NCBI GenBank assembly: GCA_951406725.2
Contig: OX597818.1
Location: 51,336,001-51,400,000 of the forward strand
Origin: Octopus vulgaris
Taxonomy: Eukaryota
Direction of reading: 5' to 3'
Length of the DNA: 64,000 nt
Position 1 is the first letter of the stretch; every line of letters starts with the position of its first letter. Positions 12,558 through 27,106 of the stretch are shown here, piece after piece. The notes below the pieces were generated by a model. That model was not told the DNA's origin. It searched no databases and saw nothing but the letters and a program-made list of their open reading frames with translations. The translations under genes and the position numbers were made by a program.

Positions 12558-15500
12558 AAATAAGGGCAGCATTGGCGTCTTGAGGAGAGAAATATATACA
12601 TAGTTTCTACAGACTTATTTGCTGGGCCCAGGCTGTGTCTGGCAAAGAAAAGCACCAGTAAGTTTGGGTTGGGAGGGGGATATGTTCCTGTTGAATTTAC
12701 TTTGAATTTATTTGTATTAACCTTGATAATCTTTGCATATGACATGCAGGACACAGATTCTACCTGGTGCTAGACAAGAAACTAACACCTAATGCCATTA
12801 TACGACCTGTGTTAAGTTCTTCCAGGTTGCTGTAAGTACCTCCACATTCGGCTACATGTCTCAAAGTTCTGCAAGTCCAATCTTCCCCCACCATTTTTTT
12901 TTTCCTTCTCCAAACTGGAAGTTTTTGTTTTTTTTTAATTTAAAAGAATATATATTTCTCTGCTCTAATTGCCAAACAAAAGAACTCTTTTTCATGAACA
13001 CCATTTAACACTTCAGTGGGACTAGACTTCACATTTTATCTGGAAAAAATTGCTTGTTTTAGTCCTCATCATATCATTCATCTAAAAACTTTATATTTTC
13101 TCTTCCACATCCTGGTTTAAAAGTAAATATCAGTGTAACTGGGTTCGGTGATGTAGTTTGGACTCGGGGAGATATTCTTCAGACAGCTGCTTTCCTTCAA
13201 CTCCAACCAGTAAAATGCAACTGAAGTTGTGAAGTTCTACGCACAGTTTAGTTTACACATGGTTTTAAAAATAAACACGTCAAGCTAACAAATTTACTAA
13301 GCTTGCTTAACAAACTAATAGTTGGTAATCAAGATACTGACGTGCACTCTAGGAGTTAAATGTTATATGCAAGTTGAACTTCTTCAAACCAAATATTTAA
13401 TTTCAAAGCTGTACTGTTTTCTCAAAACATCGGATTCTCCCCAGCAGCTACAAAACCTCCATGAATAACTTCATCTTTTCTATCCCTCTTCCTTCTCCAC
13501 AGTTACTCAGATAAAATGTTATAAAAACTGTCAAAATGGAAATCTACATGCATAAGCATTTATTTAACAAAAAAAGAAAGAAAATGGCTTACGATTTGAC
13601 CTTGTAAATATCAGCCTTAAAGGTAAATGTGAAGTGCACATTCTGCTCGTTGGGTTTGTGCAAGGTGCTGAACGCAAAAGAATCCTAACATTACCTTTTA
13701 CACTGCTTGCCTAATGTGCATACATTACCGGCAGAGCTTGTGTATTTTGTAAATTTCTATATTTTTGTATCGTGCTCACAGCTGTTGAATAGCACAGCTG
13801 GCGACCGAACAGTGGTTCCTTTTTTAACTGTCGCCAAGATCTCGTCTTCTATACCTTGTGCAGCACGTGCTCAACATAACTGTATATACAATGTAAATAA
13901 TGACCATCCCACTCAGAAAAAAATGTTGTGCATACTCTGTCAGCACTGGCAGAATGTTTTTTTTCTAATGCTTTGGATTGACTCAATTCTGCTGGGTGAG
14001 TCTTATGTGCAGCTACTGCTGTTGACACTTGCTAAATAAAAATACAGGTACTGTAAAGACATTTGCTATTCAACTGCAATCTTCTGAGTGGGGCTTGGGA
14101 TATAGGCAATAACCCAATGACTTGAAAAATTTAAAATGCTGTTGACAAAACTGCAATTTTTTTTTTTTTCCTTCCACCTCCTAAAAATGCTCATTGGATG
14201 TCTTGAAGAAGTCCTAAACCCACTCTGCCATATTTTTTTATTTTGAGAAATTCCTTTCTGGTCGTCACAAGCTAGTAAAAAAAAAAAATAACAACTGAAC
14301 TGAACCTCTTACCAAACTTTAGCTATTGGGTTTTCATGGATTCTTACCAAATTAAAAAGCAATGCAAGTTCAGCTAGATATAGACAAAACATATCACTTT
14401 TGATGTGATTAGTTCAGAGACAAAATGTTTAAAACAAAAAGAAAAAAAAAATTTAAAGCTGCAACATTTCTCATAGCTTCATAATTGACAAACAATTCAA
14501 TAAGATTGAATTAATAAGTCATTGTGACGACTTGCTACTTGTTTATGATCACCGAAAAAAATGCTATGTGATCGCTTTTTATTTAAATCTTTTTTTTTTC
14601 TGTAATTTTCTGTTTTACCTTTTGCAGTGGTAAAATCCAGAAAACTAACTAAAAATGGTTTTGCTCCAGCAATGAATGTTCACTCCATTGCTGAGGATCT
14701 TTAATTTTGGATATCTTCCATATCTGCTTTAATTGGAGTTATTTTGAATCTTGCTACAGTTGAGTTAAATTTCCATCATTCAGACTTTCAACTAAACAAG
14801 AGTGAACCCTTTTTTCTTTTTTTTTTTTTTTTTCGATCCTTTTTAAAGATGCAACTTATAAGAGCCTCACTGCTTACAATAGTTTTAGAAAGTCATTTGA
14901 AATTGAAATATCTTAGCTATAATTATATAAAAAGAATGGCACAGAACTGCTGGTTAGCTTTCCAGTGCCTTGAATTCTTACCTCTTCTAAACAAGCCTTG
15001 ATGTATTCCCCTTCACTCTTCCTTCCTCAGCTTGCTCATCAACAGAACTATGTACGACTTGCCTGGAATTAGACATGGTTCCTTGATAAACAGCCTTAAT
15101 GTGCTGGCAACTTTTTCAGAATTTAAAGTTGGGTATAGACTTTCAAAATTTCCATTTTTGGAAGTGTGAAGAGGAATTATTTGTGAAGGCTTTAAAAAAA
15201 ACCTCAATGCAATCTGATTTCTTCACTTTTTAGCCAATTAATCATGACTGTGATACTTTCTACTCATTTAGTAGCAACTTTACAGCTAAAGAACTAATGG
15301 TAAAAGGCTAATTATTTGCATCTTTGAATTTGATCTCCAGACATGCCTTTAACGATAACGACCTCTGACTTGCTTAAACATTTTTGAAACTGATCAACTC
15401 TTCGGGACCAAATTGAACAATGGTGGTTTACTGTTGTATTATGGGGGCTGCTATAGAATCAGAGTACCTTAAGTGTTAAGGTTTTTAATTAAGTCTTTAC

Positions 15501-16900
15501 TTCTGTAGGTTTTAAAAGGAGGTTATATAAAACCCCTTTAATTCTAATAAGGTAATTGATATTAACAAGGATTTAGTTGTAGGTAAGATAAATCTTTCTA
15601 TTTACAAAATAAAGATGTAGATAGTTCTCCAAGATTTCTCAGCAGCTTCCACACAATAGGAATGAATTCCATTCAATGCCCCCTTTTTTTTTAAACAGCT
15701 TTTAATGCCATTACCATAAAGTTTATCACTTACAGATTCATCTAAATTTCAGATGAGCGATTTTGTGTTGACCCTTAAAATAGCATTCAGGTTCCTCCCT
15801 GTTAACTTTTTTTTTTTTTTTTAAGATACTGTTAATTTTTAATTTAGTCCCCAGTAAATATCAGTCTTGATTTCATTTGAACCCAATTGTTACCCTTGAG
15901 AGGCAGGTTGTAACAAGGGGTCTTTAGCTTTTGTAATACTATTAATTTTTTCCCCCCCATTTGTTTAGATTAAGCTATTTGGTTAATTTATGGTAATGGT
16001 CTTTTTTTTTCTCCCCTCCCCCCTACAAGCTCTAATGAGAACCTAAGGCTGGCTTTAATGAAGTGCTTTAAGTTTCTAGGATTTGGCAAATGGACATTGG
16101 CTCTTTTTATCGGATGAAAAGATAAGCAAATGTGAACTTGTCAATCTAACTGAAACTACAAATCTTATTTGGCCTAAAAATGTCATAGCTACATGCAACT
16201 TACTCCTAAATCTTCTAAGCTGTAACCCATGGTTAGGCTGTCCTCTACATTGTTTTTAAAGAATTTTAATTCAGAAGTTTGGACATTCGATATAGTTTAC
16301 TCTATGACTTTTTAGATCTCGAATAAGAGCTTAATATTTCTGTTTGGGATCTGCTTTCCCTTACCAACCAACCAACCAACCAAGACTAGACCAATATTAC
16401 AAACTTAATGCGAAGAATAGAACCACAAACATTTAAAGCAGGTTTTTTTGTAAGACCTCCCAAGAAATATTGACTCTCGTATATAAGTGTTTGCCTTTTG
16501 TGCCTATTCTTTTGGAGGGGTGGACTGCTTCAAAATGATAAACCGTGTCAATTTTAAGCAGGTTTTTTTCTATTTATCACCACCTCCTCTTCATACATAT
16601 TAAGTCTTACAATGCCAACTGACCTTGACATACTAAGACATTGTAATTCATTTCTAGAAACAAATTTAATTTTTTTTTCTTTTTTTTTCCTACCTTTATT
16701 TGGTTGTGACAAGATTATAACATTTTGTATTAGTGATTAATTAGGGCAGTTTTATTTTCTTAGTTAATTTAGATCTGAAACTAAACTAAACTAAAATAAA
16801 ATTCTTTCTTATCAAGGCTTCAAGCAACACTGAATAAAATACCAAAGACCTTCATTAAAATAATTTTGTTCTCAGCAATAAAAATTTAAAAAAATCCTGC
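12558..16900 (+). other. Probable long 3'UTR of DDX6
   Basis: About 4.3 kb without recognisable SINEs in an otherwise SINE-dense window; U-rich; AATAAA at 16833 and 16877 just before repeats resume. Confidence 0.6.
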
Positions 16901-16964
16901 CTCAGAAATTGTCTTGTCCTCAATGTTTTTTAAGCCTTTCCTTCAATGTTGAATATTTTTCTCT

Positions 16965-17193
16965 TTAACCCTTTAGTGTTAAGATTACTCTGTTAAATGT
17001 AATACTTTTTCACTCAAATTGTTTTGAATTAATCATGTATTATCTTACAGCTTTGAGGTTTCAATGATGTGATTGTTTATTTTTTAGCATGACATTGTAG
17101 GTTAGGTGTGAGAGGCTAGATATTGCCAGTTTGAATATAAAACATGTAGAATGTCTGGGCCAGATATGGCCGGTTTAAATACTAAAGGGTTAA
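16965..17193. mobile_element. piggyBac-type MITE (TTAA target)
   Basis: ttaa-ccctttag...ctaaaggg-ttaa; near-identical copy at 43204-43430. Confidence 0.85.
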
Positions 17194-17449
17194 ATGAGGA
17201 TTTCTACTGAACCGATTATGTTGTTCGTTTAAGTAATCAAATTAGCCTTTACCCTAACCTCATTGCAATATACACAAATTGTTAGGAACAGTTTGATGCT
17301 GCTCCTTTGCCAGGCATTGTTCTCGGACTCCTATTTTTCTAGTTCAACCTCAGTTCTTTTAAATTAGATCCTACCAACATGTGAAGAAATGAATTGAAAA
17401 ATCTTGACTATTCTCTATCCCTACCATTTCATTGTGTGAAAGGGTTCCT

Positions 17450-17667
17450 TTAACCCTTTCATTACTGTATTTATTTTGAGATACTCTGTTTTTCTTTCAA
17501 TTACTTTAAATATAACCAAGAATTAAGTAAAATAAATTAGTTATCATTCAGCCAGTGTTAGGAACATAAATTGTTTCTAAGGTTTGGTGGAAGATTTTAA
17601 TTCAAAACTTATGAAAACAAGACATTTGTACTTAGAGCCAGAGCCGGGTTGGTAATGAAAGGGTTAA
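17450..17667. mobile_element. Second piggyBac-type MITE family (TTAA target)
   Basis: ttaa-ccctttc...gaaaggg-ttaa; related copy at 62817-63046. Confidence 0.8.
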
Positions 17668-18974
17668 ACCCAATGGGCAGACACTAAAGCTTTTTTTTTT
17701 TTTTTTTTTTTTTTTTCCTCTCTCCCTACAGTTGGATTTGGTAAAATACATTGGACATTTATCTGACACTAAGTGAAGAGTTGAATGCCTATTTTGCATT
17801 TGTCACCCTAGCAGAAACCCTGCTTTGGGTAGTTTACCTCTAGTCATAAGTATGTTTCTTCAAGTTGATTAGGATAGTCATTTCAGAAATTGAGCTTCAT
17901 CCTTTTTACAGAAGCTTTCTAATCTCATGGTTCTGGGTTCAGTCCCACTGCGTGGCGCCCTGGGCGAGCGTCTTCCACTATAGCCTCTGGCCGACCAAAG
18001 CCTTGAATGGATTTGGTAGGCAGAAACTGAAAGAAGCCCGTTGTGTGTGTGTGTGTGTCCCAACATCGCTTGACAACTGCTGCTGGTGTGTTTATGTCCC
18101 CTGTCACTTAGCGGTTTGGCAAAAGAGCCCGATAGAATAAGTACTAGGCTTACAAAGAATAAGTCCTAGGGTTGATTTACTTGACTAAAGGCGGTGCTGA
18201 AGCATGGTCAGTCAAATGACAAACAAGTAAAAGAATAGTCTGCATTGATCTTATGTACACACGTATTTGTAAAGAGATGGAACTACATTTTTTTTTTTTT
18301 TTTTCAATACATCCTTTCAAAAAGATGTTAGGATGTGATTTTTGAGTATCTAATTAAGCTACTGTGTCTAGCATGTGATGTACTTGTGCAAAGGTATTAC
18401 TTCATGAGCTTGAAGTAAACTGTTCTGAGCAGTGAAGTGAAAGACAGGCAATGAAAAGTTTCAATACAGCTTTTTAACTTTTTGGCATTCAGATTACTAC
18501 TGAGTGTGATGCTTTGTCTTGATTTTTAGATTATCTTGCACCTTTACTTGTCTCAGTCATTTGACTGTGGCTATGCTGGAGCACTGCCTTTAATCGAGCA
18601 AATCGACCCCAGGACTTACTCTTTGTAAGCTTAGCACTTATTCTATCGGTCACTTTTGCCAAACTAAGTTACAGGGACGAAAACACACTAGCATCGGTTG
18701 TCAAGCGATGTTGGGGGGAGACGCGCTCACATATATGATGGGCTTCTTTCAGTTTCCGTCTACCAAATCCACTCCCAAGGCTTTGGTCGACCTGAGGCTA
18801 TAGTAGAAGACACTTGCCGAAGGTGCCACGCAGTGGAACTGAACCAAGAACCATGTGGTTTGTGAGCAAGCTACTTACCACACAGCCACTCCTGTACCTT
18901 TTGAGATTTAAAAAAATATCCTTTTGATTGACATTGTAGGATAGGTGTTAGGTTTGGACATAACAATATTTGCT

Positions 18975-19303
18975 GGTTATGGTAAGTTCAGTGACTTGTT
19001 TACCAAACTGACATCTTTAAGTAGTTAACTAAAGATTTGTTGCAACTCTATTCATTTAACTGTGGGCCATGCTGGAGCACTGCCTTTAGTCAAGCAAATC
19101 AACCACAGGTCTTATTCTTTGTAAGCTTAGCACTTATTCTATTGGTCACTTTTGCTGAACTGCTAAGTTTGGTGGTTATGGTAAGTTCAGTGACTTGTTT
19201 ACCAAACTGACATCTTTAAGTAGTTAACTAAAGATTTGTTGCAACTCTATTCATTTGACTGTGGGCCATGCTGGAGCACTGCCTTTAGTCGAGCAAATCA
19301 ACC
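18975..19303. repeat. Local direct duplication of ~130 bp (unique sequence plus SINE end), offset ~199 bp
   Basis: ggttatggtaagttcagtgacttgtttacc...agcaaatcaacc occurs at ~18975 and ~19174. Confidence 0.85.
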
Positions 19304-19871
19304 CCAGGACTTCAAACAAATCTAAAACCTGTAAAATTTGTATAAAAATGACCAATTGCAAAGACTTTTCTCCCCTTTAACTTAGTTTGCTATAGATCAG
19401 TTAAATAACTTCATTTAATGATCTTTCTCCACATGAAGCCATTAACAGAAAGCTGATTGGTAGATTAACCATTTAGTGTTGAGATTAGTCAAATGTAATA
19501 CTTACTCAGATTGTTTTGAATTCATCATTGTTTAATTTCTGTTTTTCCATGCTGGTATGGGTTTGACTGGGGACTGGCAAGCCAGATTGGCTACACCAGG
19601 TTCCAATCTGATCTGGCAATGTTTCTACACCTGGATGCCCTTCCTAACGCCAACAACTGTGTAGTGGGGTGCTTTTGTGGCACGGGTGCCAGTCAGGTTG
19701 CACTGACATTGGCCACATTCAGGTGGTGGGGGGCTGGCATAATCGTGCTATTATCTCAGCATTAAGACTTAAATGCAATTGTTTTTTTTTTTCAGTGACA
19801 TTTAACCTACAGTTCTTTTCCAGGGCTTAGCAAAACTGAAGGACTAGTGCAATAAGTCTGAGAGGAGAATA

Positions 19872-19906
<35 letters not shown>

Positions 19907-20726
19907 GTTTCAGTCTCCACCTTTAGTCGAGCAAATCAGCCCCAGGACTTATTCTTTGTAAGCCTAGTACTTATTCTATCAGTCTCTTTTTGCCAAACCG
20001 CTAAGTTACAGGAACGTAAACACACCACCATTGCTTGTCAAGCGATGTTTGGGGGGACAAATACAGGCTCACATATATATATGACAGGCTTCTTTCAATT
20101 TCCATCTATCAAATCCACTCACAGGGCATTGGTCGGCCCTGGGCTATAGTAGAAAACTCTTGCCCAAGGTGTCACGTAGTGGGACTGAACCTGGAACCAT
20201 GTGGTCAGTAAGCAAGCTACTTACCACATAGCCACTCCTGTGCCTATGTTGAATAAAATCATGATTGCCCTGTATTTTCTTTTGCTCAAAGCCAGGAACT
20301 TTTCAGCACCTGCTTATATGTTTGATTTTACCTGGTCTTGGTGTTTAGTTTTTGTAAACAAAACAGCCTTGTTATTAAATATAGGTGGTGTCATGCTTAT
20401 TGTCAAGTATGTTGGGGCTTCTTTACATGTTGCATGATCTCTTACAAAAAAAAAAATTGTAAATGTCTTAGATATTTCGTTGTTCAAGAGATTTGAGATT
20501 TTTATCTTGCTTGGAAACGAAAGGTTTGGGAAGGGCATCTGACAGTAGAAAATTTTGCCTCAAAGAATTCCTAAAATGGTGATGCTGTAACCATTTGTTA
20601 CTTTCAAACATGGTTTATCTGACGTCTCTACTTCTTTCCTGAGCATCTTTACTTCTTTGGTTACTGATAAAGCTATTGAGCTACTCATTAAGAATGACCC
20701 CCATCTTGTAATATTGACGATCCAAA

Positions 20727-21300
20727 GGCCGTGAGCTGGTAGGAACGTTAGCATATCAGGCAAGATGCTTGGCTGTATTTCTTCTGCCGTTACGTTCTGA
20801 GTTCAAATTCAGCTGAGGTTGACTTTGCCTTTCATCCTTTCGGGGTCGATAAATTAAGTACCAGTTATGCACTGGGGTCGATGTTATCGACTTAATCCAT
20901 GTGTCTGTCCTTGTTTGTCCTCTCTGTGTTTAGCCCCTTGTGGGTAGTAAAGAAATAGGTATTTTGTCTGCTGTTACATTCTGAGTTCAAATTCCGCCAA
21001 GGTCAACTTTGCCTTTCATCCTTTCGTGGTTGGTAAATTAAGTACCAGTTACGCACTGGGGTCGATGTAATTGACTTAATCCCTTTGCCTGTCCTTGTTT
21101 AGCCCCTTGTGGGTAATAAAAAAAATAAGAAATGTTAGCGGCATTTCATCTACCTTTACATTATGAGTTCAAATTCCGCCAAGGTCAACTTTGCCTTTCA
21201 TCCTTTCGGGGTTCATAAATTAAGTACCAGTTGTATACTGAGGTCGGTCTAATTGACCGGCCCCTCCCCAACAATTTCAGGCCTTATGCCTAGAGTAGAA
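20727..21300 (+). mobile_element. Family B SINE with Deu/Nin-like domain, internally triplicated
   Basis: ctgagttcaaattccgcc...gcctttcatcctttcggggtcgataaattaagtaccagtt occurs three times. Confidence 0.8.
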
Positions 21301-22127
21301 AACAATATTGGTTATCCAAGTCACTTATGTATAACCTACTTTGCTGTCTGTTTCCAGCATCTCTATCCCAGATGGTTTGGCCAGTTTTGATTGTATAACT
21401 GTGCCTGCAGTTGGGTTCACTGCTCTTCCTCTTTATTCCACACATTCTCGTATTGAAAATTTTACTAGCATTTTCTGTGTTTCCTTTTTTTAACTGCGGT
21501 GAAAGCAGATGTATTGCTTTGTGTGGTAAGTAGCATGCTTACCAGCCACTTGGTTCCGGGTTCAGTCCCACTGCGTGGCACCTTGGGCAAGTGTCTTCTA
21601 CTATAGCCTCGGGCCGACCAAAGCCTTGTGAGTGGATTTGGTAGATGGAAACTGAAAGAAGCCCGTCGTATGTATGTATGTATATATATATATGTCTGTG
21701 TTTGTCCCTCCCAACATTGCTTGATGACCGATGCTGGTGTGTTTACGTCCCCGTAACTTAGCGTACTATGCTTACAAAGAATAAGTCCAAGGGTCGATTT
21801 GCTCGACTGAAGGCGGTGCTCCAGCATGGCTGCAGTCAATTGATTGAAACAAGTAAAAGTGTAAATACTTTTCATTAATAATGTCTCAATTCATACCAAG
21901 TGTTTTGCAGTCCAGAATACCTCAGATACATTACAGAAAACTAGCAAAATATTTTCTGTCCCTGTTGTACAGTTGTCTATGAATTCTTATCCTCATGACT
22001 GGAGATGGAGTGGGAGTTCTAGGACACAGTCCCTGTCCTTTTGTCTTCACCTCTTCTGGTGGGGCTTGAGTTTTTTCCAAGCCAAATCACTGTTGTGATT
22101 TATTCCTTTAGCCTTCCCCTCTTCTTT

Positions 22128-22521
22128 TCAGAAACCTGGACGTTATCAAAGAAGCTTGAGAGGCGGTTGGATGGAACCTACACTCGCCTCCTTATGAGAG
22201 CTCAAAATCTCTCGTGGAAGCGTCATCCAACCAAAGTACAAATATATGGGAAATTACCACCTGTATCATCTCTTGTGAAAGGTAGAAGAGTCCAGTTTGC
22301 AGGACATTATTGTAGAGCTGAAAACGAGATAATTTCTACTCTTCTCCTCTGGAAGCCATCTGCTTGCGATATCAGAAGGCGCACACTCTCCTACCCTGAT
22401 GTAATCTCCAGGGATACAGGCATCCAGCAACGGGACCTCCGTAATGCTATGATGGACCATGAAGTCTGGCGTAACATAGTAAATTCCATTGTCTCGCCCA
22501 CAGTCGAACAATGATGATGAT
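22128..22521 (+). mobile_element. RTE-like LINE 3' end
   Basis: SETWTL...RLDGTYTRLL...RRVQFAGH ORF end followed by a (tga)n tail; second copy at ~40218. Confidence 0.85.
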
Positions 22522-22965
22522 CCTCTCTTCACATGCTCGAAGGAATTATGCCTGGAGTTATCTACTTTCCAAGGCTGCTGGGCCCAAATTCCCTACCCTA
22601 ATTGACATCTAGCTACTTAATACTATTCTTTGTCCCCCCCACCACCTCATTTTCTGCAGGCTGTCTCTACTATTATTCCATTTGGCTGGAGGCTTGGTCT
22701 ATCATAACTACTGGCAACCAAGTCAAGGGTGTATACAGTGCAAACAATTAAATATTGTTGCTTTCTTTCTAAATCCTGCTACATTTCATTCACATGGAAT
22801 TTCTGGTCCTCCTAAGTCATCTTGGTATATAAGTTAACCTACCTCACCCACCCTTTTCTTTTGCTGTACATTTTGGTCTGATGAATTTGACTTGTATGCT
22901 GCTAGAAATTACAGTATCTGGTGTGTGGATCATGGGTTGTCTCAAACAACCAGTTGTCTATATTA

Positions 22966-23193
22966 AGGCGGCGGGCTGGCAGAAACGTTAGCACGCCGGG
23001 CGAAATGCGTAGCTGTATTTCGTCTGCCGTTACGTTCTGAGCTCAAATTCCGCCAAGGTCAACTTTGCCTTTCATCCTTTCAGGGTTGATTAAATAAGTA
23101 CCAGTTACGCACTGGGGTCCATATAATCGACTTAATCCGTTTGTCTGTCCTTGTTGTCCCCTCTGTGTTTCGCCCCTTGTGGGTAGTAAAGAA
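22966..23193 (+). mobile_element. Family B SINE, apparently full length
   Basis: ggcggcgggctggcagaaacgttagc head, Deu/Nin-like core, gtgggtagtaaagaaat tail. Confidence 0.85.
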
Positions 23194-24669
23194 ATATATA
23201 TTATAGGCCTCTATCTCTAATCTAGGAACTGTTTTTGAATCTGTCAGATATCTTTCAGCTTCCATACCTTCCTTCTCTATATTGTCTTGTGTTTCTAGGT
23301 CTGTCTAGCTCTTGTTTTGGTGTCACTAATCACTACTATATGGTGAGTGGAATTTTTTTTCAGTAAAGATGACTCAGTAATAAATATCTATCCTGTTTTA
23401 CTGTTGAACATGAAATCTGATTTGTTTGTTCACCTGATTGGTAGGCAAACAGGTTGCCAGCCAGTTTCCTAAAGTTAGGTCACAATACTACAAGAACCTT
23501 TTCTTCATTGCATGTATCATGGTCTTTATTTGCATCAAACTAACCATTACAGTCTCATTCAACATAACGAACCTGCTGTTTTCCATTAGCAAGGTAGGTA
23601 TTGTTCAGAAGTTGCTTATGACTAGCCTCAGCTGGTCGTAGACAACATGGTTAAATACATTGACTTCAGCCATTTTCTCCACTCAAAATTTTGTACTTGT
23701 GAGGAATCTAGTTAAGGCTCCCCTCCATCTTACCTCTTGCACACAACCCATATCTATGTTTCTGCTCTCACAACCTTTCCAGATCTACTTTTCATTGTAC
23801 CAACATTCGTGTGAGCTCTGAAGTGTTTTACCTGATTGAAAGAGGAATTTCCAGTGATGGGTAGATTATTTGGGGTCTGTTTTTTGCATCTGAAAAAGTT
23901 GGTGTGACACCATTTGATGACTCATGTGGGGACAAATGTATATATATATATATACATATATACGACAGGCTTCTTTCAGTTTCCGTCTACCAAATCCACT
24001 CACAAGGCATTGGTCAGCCCGGGGCTCTAGTAGAAGACACTTGCCCAAGATGCCATGCAGTGGGACTGAACGCGGCGCCATGTGGTTGGTAAGCAAGCTA
24101 CTTACCACAGCCATTAGTTGCGACGTCACAGGTGCCAAGCTGTATCGGCCTTTGCCTTACCCTTGGATAACACTGGTGGTGTGGAGAGGAAAGGCTTGTA
24201 TGCATGGACAAACTGCTGGTCTTCTATAAACAACCTTGCTCGGACTTGTGCCTCGGAGTGTAACTTTCCGGGTGCAATTCTATGGTCAATTTATGACTGA
24301 AGGGGATCTTCACTATTTTTTTTTTTTTTTTTTTTTTTTTACTTTCAGGGTCCACTATGAAGCTTCCCCACTGTTATGTTTTATCTCTTTCCATCTGTAT
24401 CCCAGTTACTCCCACCCCCACTCTTTTGTAATCTAAGTTGTCATGTGACTTCTTGTTCTGGCTTTCTTTCATACTTTGACCTTCTCGCCGCCTCCCAGCA
24501 CACAGCCACCTTCAAGTGAAAGTACACCTTTGTCTTACAAACTACATCCTATTATTGGTACAGCAATAAATCACTCTGAAGTGGTTGGCATTAGGAAGGG
24601 CATCCAACTGTAACAACCATAAACAGACTCCAGTCCTTCAACCTGTCAGATTCTGTCAAGTCATCCAGT

Positions 24670-25345
24670 CCTTTCTACTTAGGCACAAAGCCTGAAATTT
24701 TGGGGGAGGGGGCCAGTCGATTAGATCAACCTCCGTATGCAACTGGTACTTAATTTATCGACCCCGAAAGGATGAAAGGCAAAGTCGACCCCAGTGGCAT
24801 TTGAACTCAGAACGTAACGATAGATGAAATACTGCTGAGCATTTTGCCCGGCATGCTAACGATTCTGCCAGCTCACCGCCTTTTTAAAGCCTGCTAACAA
24901 TTCTTATTTCTTTACTGCCCACATGGGGCTACACACAGAGGGGACAGACAAGTGGATTAAGTTGATTACATCGATCCCAGTGCATAACTGGTACTTATTT
25001 AATTGACCCCAAAAGGATGAAAGGCAAAGTCGACCTCGGCGGAATTTGAACTCACAACGTAGTGGCAGACAAAATACCTATTTCTTTATTACCCACAAAG
25101 GGCTAAACACAGAGGGGACAAACAAGGACAGACATAGGTATTAAGTCGATTACATCGATCCCAATGTGTAACTGGTACTTATTTAATCAACCCCGAAAGG
25201 ATGAAAGGCAAAGTCGACCTCGGCGGAATTTGAACTCACAACGTAACGGCAGACGAAATACCGCTAAGCATTTCGCCTGGCGTGCTAACGATTCTGCCAG
25301 CTTGCCGCGTTGGCCTGCTAACGATTCTGCCAGCTCGCTGCCTTC
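24670..25345 (-). mobile_element. Cluster of family B SINE copies
   Basis: Repeated reverse-complement cores ctggtacttaatttatcgaccccgaaaggatgaaaggc. Confidence 0.8.
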
Positions 25346-26216
25346 AAGCTATCCAATCCATACCAGCCTGGAAGACAAACATTAAAAGATGATGGTGATG
25401 AGGATTCCTATATTATTTAGCGCTAGGTCAGCCTTGATCCAACATCTTTGATTAATAGAATCCCTGATATGACCACCACTCCTCTTTTTCTTTTTCTTTT
25501 TTCAGACATTTTAAATGACTTTATCCAGTGTGTGTCCTCTTTATCTTTGAAGAAAATAATGAATAATTTGAAGATTTCGCTTCTATTTTTAGCAGCTCAA
25601 GTGACTCAGACACACCAAGAATTTTCACATTGTGCAGGTTAAAAAAAAAAAAAAAAAAAAAAAGATAAAATTGAAACATCGATTCCTGAATTCACCCCTT
25701 CTGCTATTCTTATTTCTTTATTGCCCACAAGGGCCTAAACATAGAGAGGACAAACGGATTAAGTCAATTACATCGACCCTAGTGCGTAACTGGTACTTAA
25801 TTTATCGACCCTGAAAGGATGAAAGGCAAAGTCGACCTCGGCGGAATTTGAACTCAGAACGTAACGGTAGACAAAATACTGCTAAGCATTTCGCCCAGCA
25901 TGCTAACGTTTCTGCCAGCTCGTTGCCCCTTCTGCTATTCTTTCTCCAGTCACCGGTCCTTAACTCCCTAAATGAAACAAAACCAAACTTCATCACCAGG
26001 AAACATCTCACAAAAACAACATCAGCTTTGATAAACCCTAGTCATATGGAGGCCTCAAAGCCCTTTAATATTTAGATTTCCCTATCAAATGTAATGCTTA
26101 TTAATTTGAATTAATCATGCATTATCTCATAGTTTTAAGATTTCAAAGATGTGATTGTTTATTTTTAGAATGATATTGTTCTTCTGTACCTACCAGTATT
26201 ATCTCCTTATACCTTC

Positions 26217-26485
26217 TGAGCACATGGCTCAGTGCTTAGAGCGTTGGGCTTACAATGATGAGGTAGTGAGTTCGATTTCTAGACCAGGCTGTGTTGTGTT
26301 CTTGAGCAAGACACTTTATTTCACATTGCTCCAGTTCACTTAGCTGTAGAAATTAGTTGTGATGTCACTGGTGCCAAGCTGTATCGGCCCCTAGCCTTTC
26401 CCTTGAACAACATCAGTGGTGTGGAGAGGGAAGGCTGTTATGCATGGACAAACTGCTGGTCTTCCACAAAGAACCTTGCCCAGAT
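26217..26485 (+). mobile_element. tRNA-derived SINE, family D
   Basis: tggctcagtg A-box, gagttcgatt B-box, then ttcttgagcaagacacttt core; related minus copy at ~45678-45820. Confidence 0.7.
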
Positions 26486-27106
26486 GTGAGAGACCAGTTT
26501 TGACATAAAGCAGCTACAATATTTGAGCTGGGAATGGCCACTTTAAATGTTAAAAAGTTCATGGTCACCTGGCTGACTAAAAATAGTAGCCAAATATGCT
26601 ATTGCTTTTGGAAAGAAAAAGACTGAGGTAAACTACTGAGAAAAAAAGAAAAACTGAATGAATCACATGTTAGAATGCTTTTGGAAGCATTTCCGACAGG
26701 ATAAAGTAAATGTAAACAACAAAAAAACCCGAGGTGTTAAATGACTAAACACAATGGCATTCACTAATAACTATATAAAAAGAGTTAACCAAACCCAAGT
26801 TAACAGCTTTGTTGTCACTTTGTATATGTGTGTTGGGTGAAATGTGGTTTTCCCAAACGGTAGTAAAAACAACCTGTTTAGATCAACGACATAAACGCTG
26901 ATACAATCTGGAGAGTATAATTCAATTGTCAGACTTATCCAGTGCAAGCAGCGGAGGGGAACATAACAAAATGTACCTGGTACATGCTGTAAAGTGGTTT
27001 GCAGTGAGAAGGGCACATCCAGCTGTTAAAACCACATCACAAAACATAGATCTAATGAAAATCCCAAACTGCTAAGGCTTATGTTAATAATTCTGCACAT
27101 GATATA

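Noticed and set aside
12245-12754. 169-aa minus-strand ORF
   Set aside because: Antisense shadow of the DDX6 last exon with no recognisable protein features
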